64,000 nt of DNA from Blastocatellia bacterium UBA7656 (GTDB lineage: Bacteria > Acidobacteriota > Blastocatellia > UBA7656). Where the stretch lies: NCBI GenBank assembly GCA_002483445.1, contig DLHY01000007.1:86114-150113 (forward strand). Reading direction: 5' to 3'. The translations under genes and the position numbers were made by a program. Below, piece by piece: positions 29,435 to 38,546 of the stretch. The notes under the pieces were generated by a model. That model ran no database searches and was not told the origin of the DNA. It saw only the letters and a program-made list of their open reading frames with translations. How positions within the stretch are numbered: the stretch's first letter is position 1; every line of letters starts with the position of its first letter.

Positions 29435-32400
29435 ATGGCGCATTTGTTAGCTGCCATACGACCCAGTGCCCGATTTATATGTGCTTGCGTTCTTTCATTT
29501 TCGTTTCTCTCCCTCCCTGTCGATATCACAGAGCAGCAAGGCAAATGGGTTTTTGCTTCCGAAACCTTGCTCCCAAAAAGGGATCTCAAAGTCTTGCAAC
29601 CAGCTTGCAGAGCCGGGATCAAATCCGATCAGCATCTCAGGAATGTCAATGAATCATTCGCCAATCGAGGAGTCCTTTCGAGAGACAGACTGCGCAGGGA
29701 GCAGGCCAGATCAGCTAATGTCAATGGCAGGTTCCGCATTGCGGCTGAAAAGGCATTTGCAAACGGAGAGCGGCTGTGGAGGGAATGGAAAGCAAAATCA
29801 ATGGAGGAAGCAATAAATCAATACAAGCAAGCTGTGACGATGTGGAGGATCGCCGCGGACAGGCGAGAAGAGGCCCGCATATTGATAGCCCTGGGCGAGG
29901 CATACTATGTTATGGGAAGACTCCAGGCATCCCTCAAAGTGTACGGCCAGGCATTGCGACTCAGCCGAAGCCTCATGGACTTTAGATTAGAGAGCCGCGT
30001 CCTTAGCGATATAGGGTACATTTTCCTTTTTATGGGAGACGACGAAAAAGCTCTTGAGCATTGCAACAAAGCTCTGGCCATTAATCGGTCTGTTCAGGAT
30101 ATCGAAGGAGAAATTCGCAGCCTCAATAATATAGGAGAAATATATCATTTTTCTGAAGACCTGAAACAGTCGCTCGAATTTCTCAATCAGGCTCTGTCGC
30201 TTTGCGATGGATTGGGTGATGGCCGGATTACGGCGCAAACGCTCTTATACTTGGGATACGCCTATTCAGATTTGAACGATACAGATCGGGTGGCTGAATG
30301 CTATAACAAAGCCCTTCCTCTCTGGAAAGCCGCAAATGACAAACGCGGAGAAACTTTGACATTGATAGCGATTGGACACCATTACTCCAAGCTGGGTCTC
30401 AAGCAGGAAGCCCTCAACCATTACGAACAGGCCATGGCAATATGCCGCCCCAGCGGAGACTTGATATCGAAGGCCATGCTGCTCAACGGAAAGGGATATG
30501 TGCTTGAAGAGATGGGCGTATATCGAAGATCGCTTGAAAGCTATTTAGAGGCGCTGAAGCTTTATGATCGTATTGGCATCCGAAAGGCGCAGATAGAAAC
30601 TCTGCTAAAGATCGGCAGCACGTATCACAGGCTCGAAGAAAACCAAAACGCACTGGCTTACTATCGGAAAGCCCAGCCTTTGATTCAAAAACAAAAAAAC
30701 CGATATTTGGAAGCGATCCTTCTGAAATACATCGGAATGGTTTACGACTCAGCAGGCGACAAAACCAAAGCTCTGGATTACTACAACCGCTCGCTTGCGT
30801 TGAGCCAATCGACAGCAGACCGCAGAGAAGAAGCCTATACGCTCAACCTCATTGGAAATATCTATCGCGCTACGGGCCATAATCAAAAAGCTCTCGACTA
30901 TCATCAAAAGGCTCTCTCCTACAATCGCGCAGCCGGAGACCCATTCGGTGAGACGACCACTCTCTTCAACATCGCCCGCATCCATCGCGATACGCGAAAT
31001 CTTTCAGAAGCCCGCCATAATATCGAGGAGGCTCTCCGTATAGCCGAAAAACTTCGAGCCGATGTCATACGTCAAGACCTGCGCGCCTCATATCTCGCAA
31101 CCGTGCGGCAAAACTATGAGCTTTATATCGACATCCTCATGCAGATGCATAAACAAGCGGGCGGCGAAGGACTCGACTCTCTGGCCCTCGGCGTAAGCGA
31201 GCAGGCGCGGGCAAGAACGCTTCTTGAAACGCTCGTCGAGGCCCGCGCCGACATTCAACAGGGAGCAGACTCGGCGCTTATTAGGCGCGAGCGCGAATTG
31301 CAACGACAGATCGATGAAAAAGCCGAAGCTCAGGCCCGACTGCCCGCAGGCGCACACACCCGCGAACAGGCAGAAGCCGCGGCAAGAGAGATCGATAACC
31401 TTCTCTCGGAGCGCGAGCAGGTTCGCGCGCAAATACGCGCGAAGAACCCGCGCTATGCCGCGCTCGCTCAACCCCAACCTCTCAGATTCGAAGAGATTCA
31501 GAAGCTGCTCGACCGCGACGCCGCGCTTCTGGAATACGCGCTGGGCGATGATCGCAGTTATCTGTGGGTCGTGACTTCAGATTCGCTCGCCTGCCGCGAG
31601 CTTCCGTCGCGCGAGGAAATCGAAAACGCCACGCGAGAAGTTTACTCGCATCTGACAGCACGCAACCGCAGCGTGAAAGGCGAAGCGGCATTTTCAGCGC
31701 AAGCGCGCGCTGATCGGCAATACGCGAAAGCATCGGCGCGGCTGGCGGAAATGATCATCGCGCCCGCAGCATCCGAGATTAAAAAGAAGCGACTCGTGAT
31801 CGTCGCCGACGGTGCGCTCCAATACATCCCTTTTCGCGCGCTGCCCTCTCCACAGTGGTCAGCGGTCAGTGGTCAGTGGTCAGTTGCAGACAGCCGGAGT
31901 CGGACAACGGACAACGGACAACGGACAACGGACGCCTACAGGCCGATGATACTCGATCATGAAATCATCAACCTTCCGTCCGCTTCGGTGCTGGCAGTGC
32001 TGAGAAACGAAACCGCGGGGCGAGCGACGGCTCCCAAAGCGGTCGCGGCGCTGGCCGATCCCGTCTTTTCAAGAAACGATTCGCGGATGCTTAAAAGCGC
32101 GTCTTCGATCAACTCTCGGTCGAATCGCTATACGGGAGTGAAAAGGCAGGAAGAAAACCTCTCGCGACTGAGTTTTTCGAACACAGAAGCCGAAGCCATA
32201 CTTGCGGCGGTCGGCAGGGAAGAATCCCTGATGGCTACAGGCTTCGAAGCAAGCCGCGCCACGGCCCTGAGTCCCGATCTCAGTCAGTACCGAATAATAC
32301 ATTTTGCGACGCATGGAATTCTGGACAACGAGCGCCCGGAGCTTTCACGCATAATACTTTCGCTGTTCGACCGCGAGGGGAGAGAGCAGAACGGCTCTCT

Positions 32401-32737
32401 CAGGCTTCACGAAATATACAACATGAGGCTTGCGGCGGAGATGGTCGTTTTGAGCGCGTGCGAGACGGCGCTCGGTCGCGAGATTCGAGGCGAAGGACTC
32501 GTGGGGCTGACGAGAGGTTTCATGTACGCCGGGGCTGCGCGAGTGGTGGCAAGCCTCTGGAAAGTGGATGATGCGGCGACGGCTGAATTGATGAAAAGAT
32601 TTTACGAAAAGATGTTTCGCCAGGGGCTTAGGCCAGCCGAGGCTCTGCGCGCCGCTCAGATCGAAATGCTCTCGCAGAGGCGTTGGCGCGCGCCTTACTA
32701 CTGGGCCGCCTTCATTATTCAGGGAGACTGGCGGTGA
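29435..32737 (+). CDS. TPR-repeat + CHAT domain protease
   Basis: About ten TPR-like repeats; IVADGALQYIPF, HFATHG (His), VLSACET (Cys), SLWKVDD, PYYWAAF. Start uncertain (29375 lies in a repeat); the N-terminus from 29435 is hydrophobic. Confidence 0.92.
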   Translation: MAHLLAAIRPSARFICACVLSFSFLSLPVDITEQQGKWVFASETLLPKRDLKVLQPACRAGIKSDQHLRNVNESFANRGVLSRDRLRREQARSANVNGRFRIAAEKAFANGERLWREWKAKSMEEAINQYKQAVTMWRIAADRREEARILIALGEAYYVMGRLQASLKVYGQALRLSRSLMDFRLESRVLSDIGYIFLFMGDDEKALEHCNKALAINRSVQDIEGEIRSLNNIGEIYHFSEDLKQSLEFLNQALSLCDGLGDGRITAQTLLYLGYAYSDLNDTDRVAECYNKALPLWKAANDKRGETLTLIAIGHHYSKLGLKQEALNHYEQAMAICRPSGDLISKAMLLNGKGYVLEEMGVYRRSLESYLEALKLYDRIGIRKAQIETLLKIGSTYHRLEENQNALAYYRKAQPLIQKQKNRYLEAILLKYIGMVYDSAGDKTKALDYYNRSLALSQSTADRREEAYTLNLIGNIYRATGHNQKALDYHQKALSYNRAAGDPFGETTTLFNIARIHRDTRNLSEARHNIEEALRIAEKLRADVIRQDLRASYLATVRQNYELYIDILMQMHKQAGGEGLDSLALGVSEQARARTLLETLVEARADIQQGADSALIRRERELQRQIDEKAEAQARLPAGAHTREQAEAAAREIDNLLSEREQVRAQIRAKNPRYAALAQPQPLRFEEIQKLLDRDAALLEYALGDDRSYLWVVTSDSLACRELPSREEIENATREVYSHLTARNRSVKGEAAFSAQARADRQYAKASARLAEMIIAPAASEIKKKRLVIVADGALQYIPFRALPSPQWSAVSGQWSVADSRSRTTDNGQRTTDAYRPMILDHEIINLPSASVLAVLRNETAGRATAPKAVAALADPVFSRNDSRMLKSASSINSRSNRYTGVKRQEENLSRLSFSNTEAEAILAAVGREESLMATGFEASRATALSPDLSQYRIIHFATHGILDNERPELSRIILSLFDREGREQNGSLRLHEIYNMRLAAEMVVLSACETALGREIRGEGLVGLTRGFMYAGAARVVASLWKVDDAATAELMKRFYEKMFRQGLRPAEALRAAQIEMLSQRRWRAPYYWAAFIIQGDWR
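31853..31933 (+). repeat. In-frame heptamer repeat insertion in the CHAT domain
   Basis: (CAGTGGT)~4, spacer, (CGGACAA)~4; translates as QWSAVSGQWSVADSRSRTTDNGQRTTD. Confidence 0.85.
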
Positions 32738-32882
32738 TACTCGATCTTTAGCCGAGAGCCGAGGGTCAGTAATTTTTCAAACCTTATCAACTGTCAACCA
32801 TGCCACTCCGATTTTTCTTTTTGCCTTTCAAGCCCGGTTAGAGTAATTTTTGTCATTCGCACACTTCTCAGGCGGGAGAGAA

Positions 32883-33503
32883 ATGCCAATTCAGAAAAGA
32901 ATCTGGTCTCTGACTGAGGAGGCTTTCAACAGCCTGCTTGCGCAACTTGACGCCGACGCGGAAGCCGCCGCACAGAAATACGAAATCATACGGGCTGAGA
33001 TAACAAAGCTCTTCGAGTGCCGCGGCTGCGCGTCGCCTCTCGATCTTGCTGACGAAACGATCAACCGGGTCGCGCGCAGAATAATCGAAGGTCAGGAAAT
33101 CCCGCCCCACTCCATCGGGGCATATTTTTACGGAGTCGCCCGCAACGTGATGCGAGAACATCTGCGCGATCCTGAAAGAGATTGGACTTCGATTGAAACG
33201 CTTTCGCCTTCGCATCATCCCGCCGAGAACCCTGAGCAGACGGACAGCCAGCGCCTTGAGCGATACAGCCTTGAACGAAGACTCGAATGCCTGGAAAGCT
33301 GCGTCGAAAAACTCCCGCCCGACATGCGCGACCTCGCCATCTCTTACTACAAGGGCGGAGAAGAAACCAGAATAGAGAATCGCCGACGGATGGCTCTCTC
33401 GCTCGGCATCCCGCTCAACACTTTGAGGATTCGCGTTCATCGAATCCGCGAAAAACTGGAAACCTGTCTCTTCACCTGCCTGAGAGAGTCGACCGAGAGT
33501 TGA
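32883..33503 (+). CDS. ECF-type RNA polymerase sigma factor
   Basis: Region 2 DLADETINRV..YFYGVARNV; region 4 CLESCVEKLPPD.R..LGIPLNTLRIRVHRIREKL. Confidence 0.85.
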   Translation: MPIQKRIWSLTEEAFNSLLAQLDADAEAAAQKYEIIRAEITKLFECRGCASPLDLADETINRVARRIIEGQEIPPHSIGAYFYGVARNVMREHLRDPERDWTSIETLSPSHHPAENPEQTDSQRLERYSLERRLECLESCVEKLPPDMRDLAISYYKGGEETRIENRRRMALSLGIPLNTLRIRVHRIREKLETCLFTCLRESTES

Positions 33504-33542
33504 AATGAAATTCGGTTTTACGCATTACATTATGGAGGAAGA

Positions 33543-34463
33543 GTGAAAGAGGGCGGCGACAACGAGATTTTGACCCGATACCTGCTCGGAGAGTTGAGCG
33601 AACAGGAACAGGAAAGGGTCGAGGAGCGATACTTAGGCGAACGCGAAATGTTCGAGCGATTGCTCGCGGTCGAAGACGAGATCATTGACGCTTACACGAT
33701 GGGAAGTCTCAAGGGAGCGGAGCGCGAAAGATTCGAGAAACATTTTCTTCGCTCTTCTGCGCGGCGCGACCGCGTGGAGTTTGCCGAGACCTGGGCCGTT
33801 TATATTGATCGCCTGCCTGAAACCTCTCCAGATGGAAAAGCTTCCGAGAGTCGGTTTTTCAACCTCTTCAGAAATCGGGCAGCGATGGTTCCGCTGGCCG
33901 CGATTGCGTTGCTCATAATCGTCTCGGCGTGGCTCATCGTCGAGACAGCATGGCTTAAAAACGAACTTGAAGAGGTCTCGTCTGAGCGCGCATCGCTCGA
34001 AAGCAGGCAGCAGGAACTCGAACAGCAAATCGAGGAGCAAACCTCGCGCAACCGCCAGCTTGAAGGCGAGCTTGAATCCGAGAGACAACGCAATCAGCAG
34101 ATTGATTCGAGGCAGGCATCTTCCGAAATCGCTTTTCTTCTTTCATCAAACGTCGCTCGCGGCGCGGGCAGCGGCAAAGAACTTGTCATAACTGCCGGAA
34201 CGGAGCGCGTGCGATTGCAGGCAGTCTTGATAGAAGACCTTCACTCTGGCTACAGGGCTGCGCTGAAAACGGTCGAAGGAGCGATCATCAAAAGCTGGTC
34301 GTCGCTTGCATCTCAGGGCGGGAGAAACGGCAGGATTATCCTTATGACATTGCCCGCCGCCGCGCTCAAATCAGGAGACTACATTCTCACCCTCACAGGC
34401 GTTACGGATTCAGGCGCGACCGAAACGATAGACGAGTATCCATTCAGAGTCGTGAAGAGATAG
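33543..34463 (+). CDS. Putative transmembrane anti-sigma factor
   Basis: N-terminal YLLGELSE.E.ERVEE and IDAY..G.L..ER.RFEKHF anti-sigma-like repeats, one TM helix, coiled coil, beta-rich C-domain; directly follows the ECF. Confidence 0.75.
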   Translation: MKEGGDNEILTRYLLGELSEQEQERVEERYLGEREMFERLLAVEDEIIDAYTMGSLKGAERERFEKHFLRSSARRDRVEFAETWAVYIDRLPETSPDGKASESRFFNLFRNRAAMVPLAAIALLIIVSAWLIVETAWLKNELEEVSSERASLESRQQELEQQIEEQTSRNRQLEGELESERQRNQQIDSRQASSEIAFLLSSNVARGAGSGKELVITAGTERVRLQAVLIEDLHSGYRAALKTVEGAIIKSWSSLASQGGRNGRIILMTLPAAALKSGDYILTLTGVTDSGATETIDEYPFRVVKR

Positions 34464-34713
34464 CCTGCCTCGCAATCGCATCGTCATAAGGATCAATCTG
34501 AGAGCATCGAGCGAGGCGTAATGTTTTTCCGTGTTTGTCATATAGAAGTGTAGGGGATGATCGACAGATGAAATACCGGCAGCGGATGAGTTTTCCTGAT
34601 CATAAGGGTAAGACCGGGCTTTTCAGGTCATCATAACGGCGTCGCACAGCATCATTTCCGTTCGAGAGCGTCGTCTTTTCACGGTTTCAATTTCTGGAAA
34701 CACGGTTGAATTT

Positions 34714-35064
34714 ATGAGTACAGCCCCGCACGTTCCAAACTGCACGGATGCTCAACTGGCCGCGAGATGCTCCCATCGTCCGGTTGATGAAATGGCCTGG
34801 CAGGAATTCGTGCGCCGCTTTCACACTACGATCCGCGCCAGTGTGCTTAAAACTCTCTCGCTGACCAGCGCGATGGATGATGGCCATATCGTCGAAGAAC
34901 TCACCCAGGCGGTTTATCTGAGATTGATCGAAGATCGGGGTTTGGCGTTGAAAGAAGTAGAATGCGCCCGCGCGGATTCGATGAGCAAATACCTGATGCT
35001 GATCGCGATCAGCGTCGTCCGCGATCACACGCGGAAACAATTTCTTACGAGCCGCCCTAATTAA
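34714..35064 (+). CDS. Stand-alone sigma region-2-like protein (half ECF sigma) or remnant
   Basis: TDAQLAARC..DEMAWQEFVRRF..EELTQAVYLRL..YLMLIAISVVRDH.RK; no region 4. Confidence 0.65.
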   Translation: MSTAPHVPNCTDAQLAARCSHRPVDEMAWQEFVRRFHTTIRASVLKTLSLTSAMDDGHIVEELTQAVYLRLIEDRGLALKEVECARADSMSKYLMLIAISVVRDHTRKQFLTSRPN

Positions 35065-36173
35065 GGATGAGCTGCAAGCGCGCTTTTCAGAGGCAGCAGG
35101 ACTGATCGCTCGATTTCAAAAACCTTCTGCTCGAATCGTCCGTCGAATAAATCCACGCCTGCCCGCATAATCTCGGCGGGCTTTTCATTCTTTACCGCTA
35201 CGAGATGAAATCTCACTATCCCTGATCGCTCGTTGTAGTCGCGCTTTTCCAACACTCTCGATGCCGCATAGAGAGTGTCTCCCGTCAGCACGGGCGCGGG
35301 ATGAGAGCCTCGATCAAAGCCCATCTCCCATATAGCGTTTGCACTGGTGTCGCGGCTCGCAAGCGAACAGGCCCACGCGAACACAAGCCCGCCCTCGACG
35401 ACTCGCTCTCGCGTGAAGCTGCGCTCGCGGCAATAGACTTCATCGAAATGCAAAGGATGAGAATTGCGCGTCAGCATGGTGAGTTGCATATGCTCGCTGC
35501 CTCCGACCGTCCGGCCCCAGTTGTGCAGAATCACATCGCCCACGTCGAAGTCTTCGAAGAGTCCTCGCGGCCTTCCGTGCCACGCGGGGATTTTCATCTC
35601 CAGAGCCAGATCGCGCGGGAGCGCGCCCGTGACCGGCCCGCGATGCGGCGGCGCGTGATTGACGCTTTCCGGGTGCGCGCGGCCTTCGAGTCGTCCGGCA
35701 GGAATGAGGGCTTTTCTCTCGAATGTGACAATAGGCACGCCGTAGCGATTGACTCCCGTCGTGCGCAGATGAACTATTCCGCGATCAGGCTTCGATTCCG
35801 ACGCGCGCACGCCGAGGATTTCCGAAAAGACGCTTATCGTATCGCCCGGATAAACGACGCTGGGAAATCGGAGATCGATGTAGGCGAGATGCGCGATTGC
35901 CTGCTCGGATATATCGTGAACCGAAAAACTGAGCGCGAGGTTTAGAAGCGCCAGCGGATGAACGACTCTATCCTTGAATCCCATATCGCGAGCGTAACGA
36001 CGGCTCGAATAAAGCGGATTCGCGTCGAGGAAAGAAGCCGCGAACATCGCAAGCATTCCGTCATCGATAGTGACTTCCCACGGATGATGATAAATATCGC
36101 CCGTGTGGAAATCATCGAGCAGTCGCCCGTATTTCGGCTCCATCACTTTCATCTCTTTCGCCGTGCCGCTCAT
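35061..36173 (-). CDS. Double MaoC dehydratase (mesaconyl-CoA hydratase-like)
   Basis: Two hot-dog repeats (GRLLDDFHTGD..DANPLY; GLFEDFDVGD..NSHPLHFD); close to a CitE-family lyase. Confidence 0.8.
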   Translation of the reverse strand: MSGTAKEMKVMEPKYGRLLDDFHTGDIYHHPWEVTIDDGMLAMFAASFLDANPLYSSRRYARDMGFKDRVVHPLALLNLALSFSVHDISEQAIAHLAYIDLRFPSVVYPGDTISVFSEILGVRASESKPDRGIVHLRTTGVNRYGVPIVTFERKALIPAGRLEGRAHPESVNHAPPHRGPVTGALPRDLALEMKIPAWHGRPRGLFEDFDVGDVILHNWGRTVGGSEHMQLTMLTRNSHPLHFDEVYCRERSFTRERVVEGGLVFAWACSLASRDTSANAIWEMGFDRGSHPAPVLTGDTLYAASRVLEKRDYNERSGIVRFHLVAVKNEKPAEIMRAGVDLFDGRFEQKVFEIERSVLLPLKSALAAHP

Positions 36174-36221
36174 ATCTTCCTCCTGTGGGGAGATGTTAGA
36201 TATCAGATGTTAGATGTTAGT

Positions 36222-36435
36222 TGTCAGGGCTCACAACATCGTGAACACTTTTTGGCGTTTGGATAGTTGAAGCAGGGCTCACAACATCGTAAACATTCTG
36301 TGCGATGCAACAGCAAATAATGCTTGGTTTTGGGCCAATTCTTGACATTTGTTCACGATGTTCTGAGCCTTCGCTCAACTATTTTGTTCACGATGTTCTG
36401 AGCCTTTTTTGTTCACGATGTTGTGAGCCCTGACA
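36222..36435. mobile_element. MITE, 214 bp, TGT...ACA ends, 26-bp perfect TIR, 6-bp TSD GTTAGT
   Basis: TGTCAGGGCTCACAACATCGTGAACA at 36222-36247 and its reverse complement at 36410-36435; internal copies at 36273, 36350 and 36385; GTTAGT at 36216-36221 and 36436-36441. Confidence 0.9.
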
Positions 36436-36483
36436 GTTAGTGGGGGAAAGGCTAACATCTGTATTTTATTCAAAACTCCTTTT

Positions 36484-36658
36484 GCCGCGAAGCGGCGCGA
36501 AGAAGGTAGCCAGATGTGAAACATCTGGAACCGTCGAACAACGAGTCCCGCGTTGAAGACGCGGCAGAAGATTCTGGCGCTCTTTCAGAGCGCGGAAATA
36601 ATCTGCTTGCGTCCAGACGTTGCACGTCTGGCTACCTTCTCGACGCACCTTCGGTGCG
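36484..36658. repeat. REP-like multi-hairpin palindromic element
   Basis: GAAGGTAGCCAGATGTGAAACATCTGG ... CCAGACGTTGCACGTCTGGCTACCTTC inverted arms plus short hairpins. Confidence 0.7.
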
Positions 36659-36681
36659 AATGTCGAATTACTAAACACGCT

Positions 36682-37095
36682 CTAAACGCTGCGTGACGCG
36701 AAATACCCGAACCAGACAAAGTACCCTCCGACCGTCAGGCACACGAACCAGACGACGTGGATAAAACCTGCGCGGCCAAGTATGCGAACCTTGGCGACGA
36801 CCGCGCGAGGGAACATGATCAGAGCAGATGATTTCACCATTCCGCCCCACGCGATGATTTGAATGAAAATCGCGGCGAGGCTCGAAGTATTTGTGTGCAG
36901 TATGGCCAGCGCGATGCAGGCCATCAGCAAAGCGATGGGGAAAAGCGAAAAAGCCACGGTGTTGATTTCCCGCTCGAGTCCTTCCATCATCGTCGTGAAA
37001 TGTTTGCGATCAAGCAATATCGATACCCCGCGGACGAGTAAGACGGGGCCAATGATTTTCGCGATGAGGATTGTTGTTTCCATAAGGATATTCAA
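36682..37095 (-). CDS. Small integral membrane protein
   Basis: 137 aa with about four hydrophobic segments; co-oriented with neighbours. Confidence 0.7.
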   Translation of the reverse strand: MNILMETTILIAKIIGPVLLVRGVSILLDRKHFTTMMEGLEREINTVAFSLFPIALLMACIALAILHTNTSSLAAIFIQIIAWGGMVKSSALIMFPRAVVAKVRILGRAGFIHVVWFVCLTVGGYFVWFGYFASRSV

Positions 37096-37127
37096 CTAAG
37101 AAAGCGCATCAGGCGATCCACCCAACG

Positions 37128-38216
37128 TCATTTTATCCCAAGCTCTTCAGCCAACTTATCATCCACGCGACCGAGCGCGAAGGCGGCCTTCAAAGTCGCG
37201 CGATTGATTCTGTCCGTAGCGCGGTCGGCCATCTTGCCTGCGATCATCGTTGCTCCCTTTCCCTGCGCCTCGGCTTCGAGAAAAAGTTTCGCCTCTTCGA
37301 TTGCGCGCCCTATCTCATCATCAGGAATCTGAAATATCTCGACCGCAAGCGCGGTCTGATCTGGTATGCCTGTCCACTTGCCAGCAAATCCGAAATCACG
37401 AGCAAGCAGGGCATCTCGCCGGAATTCTTCTATCGCCTGTCGGCGTTCTTCTTCGCTCTTGTCCCGCGTTGGGTAGTTCGTGGTCATCTCGGCTATGGCC
37501 GGAATGCCTACGGCGGCAGCGGCGTTCACTATCGCGCATCGCGCCGCGTTGATCAGAGGATGGTCGGCGCGATAACCGACCCCGCGCATTCCGAGCGAGG
37601 CCCAGTAATCAAAAGAGCCGAACACTAAACCGACGAGCCTCCTTGAAGAGCAGGCTATTTCGAAGACGCGCTCCGCGGCTGAAGCGGATTCGATCAAAGG
37701 CTCGATTTTGATTTTTCCCTGGGGGAGTCCGTGCCTATTTTCGAGCGCAGTGAGCGTTTCGTCAATAGAGCGAACCTCGTCCGCGTCTTCGATCTTGGGG
37801 TAGATCAACCCGTCTAGGTTCGCGCCTGCTCGCTCCACTATCACACTGATGTCTTCGTGCGCGGGGTCGAGTTCAAGTCCTCGTGGTCGAAAGAAACGGA
37901 GTTTCTTTCCCCAGCCCAGTTCATTGAAAGCGCGTATGACGTTTGCGCGGCCCTCGGCTAAAAGCACGGCGTTGTCGCGCGGGATAGAATCTTCAAGATC
38001 GAGCATCACCAGATTGGCGACTGACTTTACGACCGCGCCTTCGATGTATTTCCACACGGTCGCGGGAACGGTGAGATGAGCCATCTGAATTAAATACTTT
38101 GGCTCAAGCTCGATCATTTGATTTCGATATCGATCAAGCAATGCTTCGTTGCGCTTTCGTGCGGCAGCGGTTATTTCCGAGTCGGGCGTTTGATTGTCGA
38201 TTGCGTCAGCAGTCAT
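37128..38216 (-). CDS. CitE/HpcH-family acyl-CoA lyase (malyl-CoA/citryl-CoA lyase-like)
   Basis: VMLDLEDSIP, YPKIE, LIESA, FGSFDYWASLG, GKW..PDQ, GKMAD. Confidence 0.85.
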   Translation of the reverse strand: MTADAIDNQTPDSEITAAARKRNEALLDRYRNQMIELEPKYLIQMAHLTVPATVWKYIEGAVVKSVANLVMLDLEDSIPRDNAVLLAEGRANVIRAFNELGWGKKLRFFRPRGLELDPAHEDISVIVERAGANLDGLIYPKIEDADEVRSIDETLTALENRHGLPQGKIKIEPLIESASAAERVFEIACSSRRLVGLVFGSFDYWASLGMRGVGYRADHPLINAARCAIVNAAAAVGIPAIAEMTTNYPTRDKSEEERRQAIEEFRRDALLARDFGFAGKWTGIPDQTALAVEIFQIPDDEIGRAIEEAKLFLEAEAQGKGATMIAGKMADRATDRINRATLKAAFALGRVDDKLAEELGIK

Positions 38217-38269
38217 TTCCAGGTTCCTTTTTTTATTTGGCGTTGATTAAAAGTAAAGCTGTTTCTGCT

Positions 38270-38450
38270 GCCGCGTAGCGGCCTCGTGAATTTAGCCCGG
38301 TGTTTCAACGCCGGGAAATGTCGAGCCTGTTTATCCTCGTCGCGCGAGCGACGATTGAATCACTCAACCGTCGCTGACGCGACGAGGATATCTACGCGCG
38401 TTTGTCCGCGCACTAAAGTACGCGGCTACACTCAACCGCCGCTACGCGGC
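38270..38450. repeat. REP-like palindromic element with 13-bp perfect terminal IR
   Basis: GCCGCGTAGCGGC ... GCCGCTACGCGGC with internal CGTCGC..GCGACG hairpins. Confidence 0.7.
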
Positions 38451-38546
38451 AAAGCCGGAGCAGTCATTTCGCTCCTCAACATTCAGCCCGCCAGTGCAAA
38501 TGAATAATCGAAAGCAGCAGCCGACGCAAGCCTAAGGTCGACCGAG

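Noticed and set aside
36222..36435. Approximately 21-bp repeats with spacers resembling a mini CRISPR array
   Set aside because: Repeats are in opposing orientations with irregular spacing and are bounded by TIRs and a TSD; no cas genes in the window.
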